From contig NC_091995.1 in NCBI RefSeq assembly GCF_044704955.1, positions 1,922,001 to 1,986,000 of the forward strand: 64,000 bases of DNA, given 5' to 3'. Position 1 is the first letter of the stretch, and each line of letters starts with the position of its first letter. The DNA comes from Pristiophorus japonicus. Its lineage: Eukaryota. A program made the translations under genes and the position numbers. The notes under the pieces are model-generated. The model was not told where the DNA came from, ran no database searches, and was given only the letters and a program-made list of their open reading frames with translations. Shown here one piece after another: positions 1 through 13,276 of the stretch.

Positions 1-445
1 CCTGGATGGGTCAGAGAGAAATTTGATTTTTTCTCTCTAAATTGGCCTGGGTTTTCGTCTGGTTTTTGCCTCTCCCAGGAGATCACATGGCTCCGGTTGG
101 GGTGGAGTGTAGAATGTTTCAGTATAATTGGTGAGAAAGCAGCAATGGGGTACTGAAGTTGCATGCTCAGCCATGAACTCATTGAATGGCGGTGCAGGCT
201 AGAATGGCCGAATGGCCTACTCCTGCACCTATTTTCTATGTTTCTATGTTTCTATAAGGGGTGTCGCAGTTGTGTGAGGCGGACTGGTTGGGCCGGGTGC
301 TCTTTGCCTTTCCGTCATTGTTCATAGGTTTATATGTAACCTTCAGGGCTGGTGACCGAGGGCCGTGTGGTTCTTTGTCGGCCGGCACGGGCACGATGGG
401 CCGAGATGACCTCTTTCTGCACTGTAAATTTCTATGTTTCTATGA
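1..445 (+). mobile_element. CR1-type LINE 3' ends (two nested) abutting the TRIM pseudogene exon 1 remnant
   Basis: CR1 3'UTR (gggccgaatggcctactcctgc-like) with (TTCTATGT)n tails at about 232-256 and 430-445; the outer 3'UTR also occurs inverted at about 32760-33020. Confidence 0.7.
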
Positions 446-978
446 TTCATGGGACTGATGGAGGCTGCACAAATATACACGGTAACATGGAGGGTAGAAT
501 CTCAGGCAACATTTCTTTCTTGCTTTTCGTGCATAAAAATTATATTCAGTTAATTTCTGATTCTAGGATTAATTGACATAATCTCTGGGATCGGCTGCAA
601 AGAGAAAGGATTCAGCTCTGGACACAGCACGGCGTCAGAAACAGCAGATTTCCGGAGTTAGGGTAAGGTCTCCCTGTGTAGGTTTTGGGATTTCAGTTAG
701 TTTTGTTCCCTTTATTGCGGTACATTAATTATGCTTCACGTTTCATTTGGAAGGAACAGTCGAGCATTCTCCAGACCAACATCACATCGGAGTTCGCTAA
801 AATGCACCAGATTCTCACTGAGAAAGAGCAATGTTTAATCAGGACTCTCCAGGAAACAAGCAACGTCGATTATAAGGCCAATGAACAGCGGGTCAAACAG
901 GACTTCGATTGCGTTGAGTGATAGATTTCGAACTTCAAGAGACAGACGCAGGAACAAGATACAGTCACAATTCTGAAG
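446..978 (+). pseudogene. TRIM pseudogene: end of exon 1 (446-481), exon 2 (567-662), exon 3 (754-978)
   Basis: Close match to exons 1-3 of the gene at 28687 with the same GT/AG positions; two TAA stops in exon 2 and TGA-TAG in exon 3; upstream part of exon 1 displaced by CR1 sequence. Confidence 0.9.
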
Positions 979-1001
979 GTGAGAGATTGGTTTAGTATAT
1001 T

Positions 1002-2748
1002 GGGCCCAAGTTTCCACAAGAAAAAAAACGGGCACCCCTCCGAGCTGGGCGCCCGCTTTTCGCGCCTAAAACGGCGCCTAAAGATATCCTCGGTATTCTC
1101 CACCGACTTACAGGTCCTCTGGCCCTCGGCGCAGCCGGCACGAGCTGTGGGGGGGCGGAGCCAGGTCCCTGCGCTGAAAACAGTGCCGGGACCTCTGCAC
1201 ATGCGCGCTACAGTCGGCACGCAAGTGCAGTAGCTCCAGGCGCCGAACTGTGTGGGAGGGGCCCGAAGCACGCAGCCCCTAGCCCTGGCCCACGGCCAGC
1301 TCCTGCTCCCCGCCGACCAGACCCGACACTCGCTCCCTCCCGCCGCCCGACCCGACACCCGCTCCCCCCACCCGAGACCCGACACCCGCTCCCCCCCCCG
1401 CCCCGACCCGAGGCCCGCTCCCCCCCCGCCCCTACCCGAGGCCCGCTCCCCCCCCGACCCGAGACCCTACACCCGTTCCATCCCCCGCGACCCGCTCCCC
1501 CCGCCCCAAACCGACCCGACCCGACACCTGCACCTATTCCCCTCTACCCCCCTCTTCCCCTCCCCCCCCTCTTCCCCTCCCCCCCTCTTCCCCCCTCTCT
1601 CTTCCCCCCTCCCCCCTCTCTCTTCCCCCCTCNNNNNNNNNNNNNNNNNNNNNNNNNNNNNNNNNNNNNNNNNNNNNNNNNNNNNNNNNNNNNNNNNNNN
1701 NNNNNNNNNNNNNNNNNNNNNNNNNNNNNNNNNNNNNNNNNNNNNNNNNNNNNNNNNNNNNNNNNNNNNNNNNNNNNNNNNNNNNNNNNNNNNNNNNNNN
1801 NNNNNNNNNNNNNNNNNNNNNNNNNNNNNNNNNNNNNNNNNNNNNNNNNNNNNNNNNNNNNNNNNNNNNNNNNNNNNNNNNNNNNNNNNNNNNNNNNNNN
1901 NNNNNNNNNNNNNNNNNNNNNNNNNNNNNNNNNNNNNNNNNNNNNNNNNNNNNNNNNNNNNNNNNNNNNNNNNNNNNNNNNNNNNNNNNNNNNNNNNNNN
2001 NNNNNNNNNNNNNNNNNNNNNNNNNNNNNNNNNNNNNNNNNNNNNNNNNNNNNNNNNNNNNNNNNNNNNNNNNNNNNNNNNNNNNNNNNNNNNNNNNNNN
2101 NNNNNNNNNNNNNNNNNNNNNNNNNNNNNNNNNNNNNNNNNNNNNNNNNNNNNNNNNNNNNNNNNNNNNNNNNNNNNNNNNNNNNNNNNNNNNNNNNNNN
2201 NNNNNTCTTCCTCCTCTCTCTCTCTCTCCCCCTCCCGCTCAGCGGCACGAACGGCTGCAGAATTCTCCCTGACTGAAGCACTTTCATACAGGTAGGAAAA
2301 TGGTTTATTTAATCTTTTCTTGGCTTATAAATGTTTATTCAGGTTGGATTTATTCGTATAATATTTGTAGAAGTATAAATAAGGATTTATTATAGAATTT
2401 AATGAGTTCCCTTCCCCCCCTCCCCCCCACCTCGTTCTGGACGCCTAATTCATAACCTGCGCCTGATTTTTTTCATGTGTAGAACAGGTTTTTTCAGTTC
2501 TACAAAAATCTTCACTGGCTCCATTCTCCTTTAGTTTGGAGTACATTTTCACTTTGGAAACTTTCAAATCAGGCGCCAGTGGCCGGACACGCCCCCTTTT
2601 GAAGAAAAAATTCTGTTCTAAACTAGAACTGTTCTACCTGACTAGAACTGCAGAAAAAAAAATGTGGAGAATTGCGATTTCTAAAATGGTCCGTTCTCCA
2701 CCAGTTGCTCCTAAAAATCAAGCGCGAATCATGTGGAAACTTGGGCCC
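1002..2748. mobile_element. Non-autonomous DNA transposon (MITE), PIF/Harbinger-like
   Basis: Perfect 17-bp TIR GGGCCCAAGTTTCCACA (1002-1018, inverted at 2732-2748) and 3-bp TSD ATT (999-1001, 2749-2751); contains a C-rich low-complexity tract and the assembly gap. Confidence 0.85.
1633..2205. other. Assembly gap (N run)
   Basis: Run of n flanked by CT-rich simple sequence. Confidence 1.
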
Positions 2749-3071
2749 ATTGTGACTACACAGAGTTAGACAGAGAAAATTGATCTTTTCACAGTTACCC
2801 TCCATATTGGCTAATCCCATCATGCCTTTTCCATCATGCACTCTGCCAATCTAATCTTGAATGTTGACATAGTTTCTATCTCAACCATAAAGATTGGGAA
2901 TGAATTCTACAGCCTCCCAACACTCTGTGGATATAAGTATCTCCTACACACTGTACTCAATCTCTTACATTTAATCGTTTGATGGCTCTTTGTATAGACA
3001 GCTTAACTACATGAAACAACTACTTGTCCCATCCATTAATAATTCCATACCCTTCTATCATTGTCCTGATA

Positions 3072-3619
3072 TAAGAACATAAGAACATAAGAAATAGGAG
3101 CAGGAGTAAGCCATACGGCCCCTCGAACCTGCTCGGCCATTTAATAAGATCATGGCTGATCTGATCATGGACTCAGCTCCACTTCCCTGCCCGCTCCCCA
3201 TAACCCATTATGCCCTTATTGTTTATAAATCTGTCTCTCTCTGCCTTAAATATATTCACTGACCCAGCCTCCACAGCTCTCTGGGGCAGAGAATTCCACA
3301 TATTTACAACCCTCTGAGAGAAGAAATTGCTCCTCATCTCAGTTTTAAATGGGCAGCCCCTTATTCTGAGATGATGTCCCCTAGTTTTAGTTTCCCCATT
3401 GAGTGGAAATATCCTCTCTGCATCCACCTTGTCGAGCCCCCTCATTATCGTATATGTTTCGTTTGGATCATCTCTCATTCTTCTGAATGAGTATAGGCCC
3501 AACCTACTCAACGTATCTTTATGTCAACCCCCTCAGCTCCGGAATCAACTTAGTGAACCTTCTCTGAACAATTTCCAATGCAAGTATATCCTTCCTTAAA
3601 TACGGAGACCAAAACTGTA
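3072..3619 (-). mobile_element. CR1 LINE 3' fragment
   Basis: ORF 3173-3511 matches CR1 ORF2 C-terminus ([14 protein letters not shown]); (TTCTTATG)n tail. Confidence 0.9.
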
Positions 3620-4743
3620 TCTGTGTGCAGCCCAATGGCCTCCACCAATGACGCCATCTAGTGGCAAGTGATCCCAAAAGTACAGACACGACAATACCCT
3701 CCTCTGAGATATTAATACAGTCTTTTACAAATTGAGACGGTCCGATGTTTTACGCTCCCGAGTTGACCGTCTCAGTTCAACTCCAGCCTTGGTAAGTGTT
3801 CAGAGTCTGTTGTGACTGGTGGCTGGGTGGCTGACCTGGTGGGAGTGGCAATGGCCATGTCAGGGATTGAAAGGCCATTTTCATTGAACATGTCAGTGAT
3901 TGAAAGTCCCGATTCACTGATGACTATTGAGTCCTCTGATGACTGGGGGTAGGTTGGTTGGTCGTCGATTGTCTCTTCCTCTGACTGTTCCAGTTCGTCT
4001 GTGTGCCGCAGCTTTGTCTGATCCATATGCTTCCTGCATGTTTGCCCATTTTTGGCAGTAAATACTCTGTTGCCCTCCTTGGCCATGACAGTACCAACAA
4101 TCCACTTGGGACCCTGACCATAATTCAGAACATATACAGGTTCATTGACAGAAATATCGCGTGACACAGCTGTGCGATCGTGATCCCCTTGCTGACTTTT
4201 TCTTCTGTATTCAACATGATTATTCAAGTCAGGGTACAAGAGATAGCTTGGTCTTAAGATCTCTCTTCATCATTAGTTCAGCAGGTGAGACCCCGGTAAG
4301 CGTATGTGGTCTTGTCCTGTAAGTAAGCAGTATGCATGACAGGCGGGTCTGCAGTGACCCTTGGGTTACTCGCTTCATACATTGCTTTATGATTTGGACA
4401 GCAGGTTCTGCTTGCCCATTGGATGCAGGTTTGAATGGTGCTGACCTTACATGTTGATACCATTGAGTTTCATGAACTCTTGAAACTCTTGACTGGTGAA
4501 GCATGATCCGTTGTCGCTAACAATGATGTCAGGCAGACCATGTGTCGCGAACATGACACTGAGATTCTCAATGGTAGCTGTGGATTTGCTGGATGACATG
4601 ATTATACACTTTATCCACTTCGAATATGCATCCACCACAACTAAAAACATCTTCCCCAGGAAGGGACCTGCAAAGTCTATGTGGATCCTGGACCATGGTT
4701 TAGATGGCCATGACCACAGACTCAGCGCCGATTCCGCTGGTGC

Positions 4744-7700
4744 ACCAGTCCCTTGTCGAAGCACCCTCTCGGCAAAGGACGACCCGTATCCCAGCCCAGG
4801 TGAAGTAGACTTTTATAGTGTTAATCTATGTATGGAGGGACAGGCCATTGGGCAGGTCTCCAACTTAAAGGACGGGTTATTTGAAATGAAATTTTCTGAA
4901 CTGTAACCACTAACTTTAAAATGGATTTAAAAATTACATCTATTAACGTGCGTAGCGTAAAATCCACTACGCGATGTGTTTCCACCTTGGGGTACCTCGC
5001 CAAGGTCAAAGCAGACCTGCTGTTCTGGCAGGAGTGCGGTCTGCCGCACTTCAGCAGTTACCGGCAGTGGTCACGATGGTGGGCCCATGGACCCTGGTCA
5101 GGTGGCAACGATTGCCAGTCCTCCGGCCTGGGCATTTTGCTGCGGGGAGGCCACTTCACCATCACCGAAGTTAAGGAGGTGGTGGGTGGCTGCCACGTAG
5201 CAGACGTAATGTACAAAAACTCCCCTCTCAGGTTAATTAATGTTTATGCCCCAGCTCTCAAGAACGAGAGGCTGGCCCTCTTCCAGCAGCTCCCATTGCT
5301 ACTGGCAACGTCCAGGCTGGTCATTCTGGGTGGAGACTTCAACTGCAACATCGATGCGGCTGGACGATCCAGCAGAGCCGACAGCAAACTGGACGCCACG
5401 TCCAGACTCCTGATGGATGCGGTAAAAGACGCAAGCTGTGCGATGTCTTCAGCAACCCTGCAGACGGAGCACCGCGCAGATACACCTGGTCAAGACCAGA
5501 CGGGTCCGTCCGTTCCAGAATAGACTTCCTGTTTGTATCCCACACGCTCAAGGTCAGATCCACCGACGTCACGCCGGTGTTCTTCTCTGACCACTGCCTC
5601 CTACTGGCCGACTGTCACCCACAGGAAAACCAGAAAGTTGGCAGGGGGATATGGAAGCTGAACGTGAAACTGTTGACTCTGGAATATGTTGAGGAACTCA
5701 AGAGGGATTACACAGGTTGGAGAACCGTAATACCCCTCTGTGATTCCCCGATGCACTGGTGGGAAACAATCAAGACAAACATCAAGAGGTTCTTCATCCT
5801 CAAAGGTGTTCAGGAGACGAGAGGGAGACAGAGAGAATTGTCCCAACTCCAGAAGAGTATGCAAAACCTGCTCCTGCTGCAGGCGATGGGGGTCGATGTC
5901 GCGGAGGAACTGGAAAAGGTGAAGGGCCAGCAAGCCTCGCTCTTTGCCTCAGAGTCCTCCAAGATCATCTTCCGCTCCAGAGTCTGCTCCGTCGAGCAGG
6001 ATGAGACGTGTTCGCATTTCTTCTTCCAAAAAGGTACACAGGGGGAGCTGTGTGATCACCAGCCTAAAGGAAGAAGACGGTTCTGTGACGTCTTCGCAGC
6101 CTGACATGCAGAGGATCAGCGAATCCTTCTATGCCGGGCTGTAAGACGTCAAGCCCACAGATTGTGCGGCCTCTCAGTCTTTCCTGTCATCTATCTCAGA
6201 AGTCTTAGACGACAGCGAGCGGGAGAGTCTGGACCACCCGCTAACTCTGGATGAGCTGACAAAGGCCTTCATGTCCCTCGCGACGAGTAAAACTCCCGGA
6301 AGCGACGGCTTACCGGTCGAGTTGTATTCGGCTCTGTGGGACTGAATGGGCCCAGACATGCTGGAAGTGTACGAGGGTATGCTTCTGGCCAGCAGCATGT
6401 CAGAATCAATGCGGAAAGGCATCATCACCCTCATCTACAAGCAGAAGGGCGAGAGGGAGGAAAACAAAAACTGGCGGCCCATTTCGCTGCTCAATGTGGA
6501 CTACAAGATCCTGTCGAAGGTCATCGCAAACAGGGTCAAGTCTGCTCTGGAGCTGGTGATCCACCCGGAGCAGACCTGCGCTGTCCCCGGCAGGAAGATC
6601 TCGGGTAGCCTGGCGCTACTCAGGGATACGATTGCCTACGTGCGGGACAGGAGGGTGGACATCTGTTTAATCAGCTTGGACCAGGAGAAAGCCTTTGACA
6701 CGATATCGCACACGTACCTGATGGACGTGCTCTCCAAGATGGGGTTTGGGGAGGGTATCTGCAATTGGATCCAACTGCTCTACACAGACATCAGTAGGTC
6801 AGTTCTAATCAACGGGTGGGAAACTGAAAGCTTTCCGATCAGGTCTGGAGTCAGGCAAGGCTGTCCCATCTCCTGTCTTGTTTGTGTGTTGTATCGAGCC
6901 CTTTTTCCGAGTCCATCAGGAAGGATGTGGCATTGGAGGGGTGACGATCCCAGGCAGTGGAGACACTCAGGTCAAGACCTCCCTGTACGTGGACGATGTC
7001 ACCATCTTTTGCTCAGATCCGCAGTCAGTCCGCAGATTGCTTACAATCTGCGACCAGTTTGAACTGGCCTCGGGAGCAAAGGTCAATCGCAGCAAAAGCG
7101 AGGCCATGTTCTTTGGCAACTGGGCCGACCTATTCTTTATTCCCTTCACCGTTAAGCCAGATTACCTGGAGGTGTTGGGAATATGGTTCGGAGCGGAAGG
7201 GGCGTGCGCCAAAAACTGGGAAGAGCGTATCGCCAAAGTGAAACAAAAACTGGGATGGTGGGAGCAGCGCTCCCTCTCCATCGCAGGAAAGAACCTGGTC
7301 ATCAGGAGTGAGGTGCTCTCGGGGTTGCTGCACGTGGCACAGGTCTGGCCCATCTCTCGCTCCTGTGCCGCGGCAGTCACCCGGGCCGTCTTCCACTTTG
7401 TCTGCAGAGACATGATGTACAAATCTCTGGACGGTGGAGGAAAGGATGTTCCTAACGTGGCCCTCATCCTGATGGCCACCTTTGTGTGCGGCTGCATCAA
7501 GCTGTGCACAGACCCACGGTACGCAAACACCAAGTGTCACTACGTGCTGAGGTTCTACCTGTCCCCGGTGTTGCGAAGGATGGGCCTGGCCACGCTGTCG
7601 CGAAACGCCCCCACCAGTTGCACCATGCCTGCCCACCTGTCATTCGTGGAAAAGTTTTTCAGAAAGGCCATAAAGCAGTGGTCAGCACGTAAGGTCCTGG

Positions 7701-8662
7701 GCGCCCTACGAAAGAAGGAGAGGGTGGACTCTGTCGGGTGGTTCCCCGAGCAGACTGTCGAACTCGTCTGGCAGAATGTCTCATCACCAGAGCTTTCACA
7801 CAAACACCAAGACATAGTTTGGTTGGCGGTGAGGAGGGCCCTACCCGTCAGATCCTTCATGCACAGCCGGGGTTTCAGAGACACAGCACTCTGCCCCCAA
7901 GTTGACTGTGGTGCGGACGAGACAGTCATCCATCTCCTTTGGGATTGCCCCTTTGCAAGGCAGGTCTGGAAGGAGATGCAGTGGTTGCTGTCGAGGTTCA
8001 TCCCAAGCAGCTCTGTAACACAGGACTCTGTGCTCTACGGGCTGTTCCCAGGGTCACACACCGAGACAGACATCATCTGCTGCTGGAGGGCCATCAACTC
8101 AGTGAAAGACGCTCTTTGGTCTTGCCGAAACTTGCTGGTCTTCTAGAGCAAGGAGATGTCCACGTCTGCATGTTGCAGACTGGCGCAATCCAAGATCCAG
8201 GAGTACGTGCTGAGGCACGGTGGGGAAGACCACCGTTTAAAGCCCTTCCGCCACGGTAAACCCAGGGGCTGGAATCAGTATAAAACCCCCCTCGGGCTGT
8301 ACTTGTAAACCTTTTGTATACCTAGAGCACCATGATCTGAAAACACCTATGTAGTGCCATGTATAATGCAAGTTCTGTTTAGTAATGTATGTTGCAAAGA
8401 AATGTAACTGTACCTCACCCATTCCGTGTATCGTATAGTGCCACATGTAATGTAATGTGATGACTGTATTACAATGTATCCTGGATTGTACTGAATTGTA
8501 CCTCGAAATGTAAAGCAAGCAAATGTATTGAACGGAACTGCCGTCAGCATCCAAATGTATTGTATGGAATTGCTGACCGTATCCAAATGTACTGACCTGC
8601 TTTCCAATGTCTTGTGCAAATTTTTTTATGAATAAAGTATATTTTAAAATTAAAAAAAAAAA
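4744..8662 (+). mobile_element. Tx1-clade (L1 superfamily) non-LTR retrotransposon, 5'-truncated
   Basis: APE endonuclease (SINVRS, GGDFN, SDH) from 4921; RT (WRPISLLNVDYK, GVRQGCP, YVDD); C-terminal CCHC (CPQVDC..ETVIHLLWDC); AATAAA at 8631 and poly(A) 8652-8662; 14-bp TSD 4730-4743 / 8663-8676 (12/14 match); stops and frameshifts. Confidence 0.92.
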
Positions 8663-11600
8663 GGTTTCGCTGGTGCTTTGCTGAGCTGCATGCAACTGAT
8701 GCAAACATGATTCCAGTTCAGAGTCAATTCCCGGCCACCATACATGAGACCTGGTGATGGCTTTCATCATTACAATGCCGGGATGTGTGCTATGTAGCTC
8801 ACGTACAAATTTCTCTCTCCCTTTCTTGAGCACAACAGCATGATTGCCCCACAGTGTACAGTCCGTCTGAATAGGCAGTTCAACTTTGTGACGAATGTAA
8901 GGTATTTTGCTCCTCACACATTAGCTTGGATATGTCAGACCAATCACCTTTGACGATGCACCTCTTCACCACCGATAAAATCGGGTCCTGGCTGATCCAG
9001 GTCTTAACTTGTTGAGCCGTGACAGATGTTCCTTCATTCTCAAAAGCATCCATAACTAACAATAGGTCCGCCGGTTGTGGCGTTTCCACCTCCAGTGTGG
9101 GCAACGGCAAACGGCTCAAAGCATCGGCACAATTCTTGGTGCCAGGTCTATGGCGAATGACATAATCATAATCTGGATGCAGGATGAAGCATTGGTATTG
9201 ATACTTTGTTTTCAGAGAACAGTGAAATGTGTGGCTTGTGATCTGTGTCCAGTTCAAACCGAAGACCAAACAGGTACTGATGCATCTTTTTAACCCCATA
9301 CACACAAGCTAGTGCTTCTTTCTCTGCCATGCTGTAGGCTCTTTCTGCTTTAGACAAACTTTTTGAAGCATATGCGACTGATTGAAATTTACCCGACTCA
9401 TTGGCTTGTTGGAGTACGCAACCAATTCCATATGATGAAGCATCGCAGGCCAATACTAAATGTTTACATGGGTTATAATGTACCAGCAGCTTGTTAGAAC
9501 AAAGCTCTGTCTTGAGACGCACTCCACACCCAGTTGTCGCCTTTTTTTAGCAGCAGGTGCAGTGGTTCTAATAAGGTGCTCAATTTAGGTAGGAAGTTAC
9601 CAAAGTAGTTGAGTAGACCCAGGAACGAATGCAGCTCTGTCACATTCTGCAGCTTGGGTAAATGCTTGATGGCCTTGGTTTTCGCGTCCGTGGGCCTGAT
9701 ACCGTCAGCAGCAATTTTCCTTCCCAGGAATTCGACCTCTGGTGCCATGAAGACGCACTTCGAGCGTTTAAGTCTGAGTCCCACTTTGTCCAGACAATGT
9801 ACAACCTCTTCCAGATTGTTCAGATGTTGTTCAGAGTCACAACCTGTGATCAGGATGTCATCTTGGAACATGACGGTTCTGGGAACGGACTTCAGTAGAC
9901 TCTCCATGTTCCTCTGGAATATTGCTGCAGCCGAGCGAATTCTAAAAGGGCACCTTTTAAATAAACAGTTCTTTATGCGTGTTAATGCATGTAAGTCTCT
10001 TCGACGTCTCAACCAGCTCCTGTGTCATATAGGCCAATGTCAAGTCCAGATTGGTGAACGACTTCCCCCCGGCTATCGTTGCAAACAAGTCATCAGCCTT
10101 CGGTAATGGGTACCGATCCTGTTTCAAAACCCTGTTGATTGTAGCCTTGTAGTCTCCACAGATTCTGAATGTGCCATCACTTTTCAGCACAGGAACAATG
10201 GGGCTGGCCCATTCATTAAATTCATCCGGTGATATGATCCTTTCACGCTGAGGTCTGTCCAGTTCAATTTCGACTTTCTCCATCATCATATATGGAACTG
10301 CCTGAGCTTTACGATGGATGGGTCTTGCATCCGAGTCCACGTGGATCTACACCTTGGCTCCCGTGAAGTTGCCGATGCCTGATTGGAACAGCGAGGAGAA
10401 CTTGCTCAGTATTTGGACACATTTATCTTTCTCCGATGACAACACCTTGATGTCGTTCCAATCGCATCTGATTTTTTAAGCCACTTCCTGCCGAACAGCT
10501 TTGGACCATTGCCTGGGACAATCCATAGCGGTAACTCATGAACAGCACCATCATAAGACACTTTAATTGTGGCACTGCCAATCAGCATTATGAGTTCTTT
10601 GGTGTACGTGTGCAAGTTGGCATTGACTGGACTCAGCCTGGGCCTCACAGCCTGAGTATCCCACAGCTTGTCGAATGCCCTCTGGCTCATTATCGATTGA
10701 CTCACCCCCATCGATCAGTTCCATCGATACCAGCACCCCATTAAATTTCATGTTGATCATTATCGTTTGCTCTTAGTTAGGAACAAGTACAGTCCATACA
10801 CTTCCTCCTCTGGTATCTCAGATTGCGTATCCAGATCCGCGCTAGTCTCACCATTATCCTCCACGTCGTGTGTCGCAGCACGCTTGCTCATCTGCGGACA
10901 CTTGCGTTGGAGATGCCCCACTCTCAGCCAGCCTTTGCAACAATATTGCTTAAATCAGCACTGCTGGTGCCGGTGATTTCCCCCACAAAGCCAACATGGA
11001 GAAATCGGATGCATTCCTACTGGCGGACTTTGGGCAGCCACAAGTTTCGCGTACGCAGTCGGGTAGGCCCTGCCATGTGCCACTCTGCTGAATGCCAAAT
11101 CAATCATATTTACAGTACTTGCTGAGTTTCAATTTTTCACTGATATCTGCTTTAGACTTCTATCTGTCGTCATGCATGACTGAGCGATTTTGATGGCCCT
11201 GTTCAAGTCCAACGTCTCCACCACCAGTAGTTTACGCAGGATCACCTCGTGGTTTATTCCCATTATAAAGAAGTCCCGCAGCATGTCTGCCAACACAGCC
11301 CAAAACATACACCGTCCCGCTAGACGTCGCAGGTTGGCAACGAATTCCGCCGCATTCTGACCCTCTGAGCGAACGTGCATGTAAAATTTATATCTCGAGA
11401 TGATGATGCCTTCGTCTGGCTTAAGGTGGTCCTGTACCAGTGTACACAATTCTTCATACGTCTTCTCTGTTGGACTCACAGGCAAGAGTAGATTATTTAT
11501 CAGACCATAAATATTTGGACCGTAAACTGTGAGGAACACCACCCGGCGCCGATTTGTGTCACCGACCTCCTCCATTTTGTTGGCCATGAAGAACTGGCTC

Positions 11601-11705
11601 AAACGGCTCACAAAGTCTGCCCAATCTTCTCCTTACACAAATCGATCCAACAATCCAATTGTGCTCATTTTTGCATGCAAAGATTCCAGTTGCCTCGTCG
11701 CCAAG

Positions 11706-11910
11706 TGTTGTGCATGCAATAACTGTTAGACTGAGTACTGTTTAACTCCAAGAGGTAGGACCTTGGCTCTGCTTTATTAAGGCCCAAAGTGACTAATATA
11801 CAAAATGGCTGGCCTTTTATACTTGGGCTGCACACACGTGCGTGGAGCCCAATGGCCTCAAACAGTGACGCCACCTAGTGGCTAGTGATCCCAAAAGTAC
11901 ACACATAACT
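11706..11910 (-). repeat. 5' LTR of the Gypsy element
   Basis: Adjacent to the PBS; TATA and AATAAA on the minus strand; about 70 bp duplicated at 3622-3693. Confidence 0.85.
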
Positions 11911-13276
11911 AAGTGTAAGACAGTTGCTAAGCAGTGGCAGACATTTAAGGAGATATTTCAGAACTCTCAACAAAAATATATTCCAGTGAGAAGGAAAGAC
12001 TTTAAGAGAACCATACATGGTTAACTAACAAAGTAAAGGACGGTTTCAAATTGAAAACAATGGCATACAAAGTGGTCAAGATTAGTGGGAGACCAGAGGA
12101 TTGGAAAAGTATTAAAAGCTTGCATAGGATGACTAAAAAAATAATAAAGAGCGGGAAGATTGATCATGAAAGTAAACTAGCAAGGAATATAAAAACAGAT
12201 AGAAAGAGTTTCTACAGGTATATAAAAAGGAAGAGAGTGGCTAAGGTAAATATTGGTTCCTTAAAGGCTGAGACTGGGGAATTAATAATGGAAAATAGGG
12301 AAATAGCAGAGACTTTGAACAAATATTTTGTATTGGTCTTCATGGTAGAAGACACTAATTACATCCCAATAATGGATAATCAAGGGGCTGTAGAGAGGGA
12401 GGAACTTAAGACAATCACTATCACTAGAGGAAAAGTACTCGGTAAACTAATGGGACTAAAGGTGGGCAAGTCCCCTGGACCTGTTGACTTGCATCCTAGG
12501 ATCATAAAAGAAGTGGCTGCAGAGAAAGTGGATGCATTGGTTGTAATCTACCAAAAATCCCTGGATTCTGGGGACGTCCCAGCAGATTGGAAAACCTCAA
12601 ATCTAATGCCCTTATTTAAGATAGAAAGCAGGAAACTATCGAGTGGTTAGCCTAACATCTGTCATTGGGAAAATGTTGGAATGCATTATTAAGGAAGCAG
12701 TAGCAGGACATTTGGAAAAGCATACATTCAAGCAAAGTCAGCATGGTTTTATGAAAGGGAAATCACGTTTGACAAATTTGTTGGAGTTCTTTGAGGATGT
12801 AATGAACAGGGTGGATAAGGGGGAACCAGTGGATGTGGTGTATTTGGATTTCCAGAAGGCAATCAATAAGGTGCCACATAAAAGGTTACTGCACAAGGTA
12901 AAAGTTCACGGGGTTGGGGTTAATATATTAGCATGGATAAAGGATTGGCTAACTAACAGAAAACAGAGAGTCGGGATAAATGCGTAATTTTCCGGTTGTC
13001 AAACGCTCATTAGTGGGGTGCCGCAGGGATCGGTGCTGGGGCCACAAATATTTACAATCTATATTAATGATTTGGATGAAGGGACCGAGTGTAACGTAGC
13101 CAAGTTTGCTGATGAATCAAAGATGGGTGGGAAAGCAAGTTGTGAGGAGGACACAAAAAATCTGCAAAGGGATATAGACAGGCTAAGTGAGTGGGCAAAA
13201 ATATGGCAGATGGAGTATAATGTGAGAAAGTGTGAGATTATCCACTTTGGCACAAAAATTTAAAAAGCAAATTATT

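Larger units (their letters stand above)
3622..11910 (-). mobile_element. Ty3/Gypsy LTR retrotransposon, degenerate, interrupted by a Tx1 LINE
   Basis: 5' LTR 11706-11910; PBS TGGCGACGAGG (11693-11703, minus strand); gag (11129-11611) with zinc knuckle, protease (10406-10760), RT (FQDDILI, 9494-10340), RNase H (LACDAS), integrase (HIDFAGP, SDNG); PPT at about 3694-3705; partial 3' LTR 3622-3693; many frameshifts. Confidence 0.92.

Noticed and set aside
1252-2295. 347-aa and 247-aa ORFs
   Set aside because: Artefacts of the N gap and low-complexity C-rich sequence.
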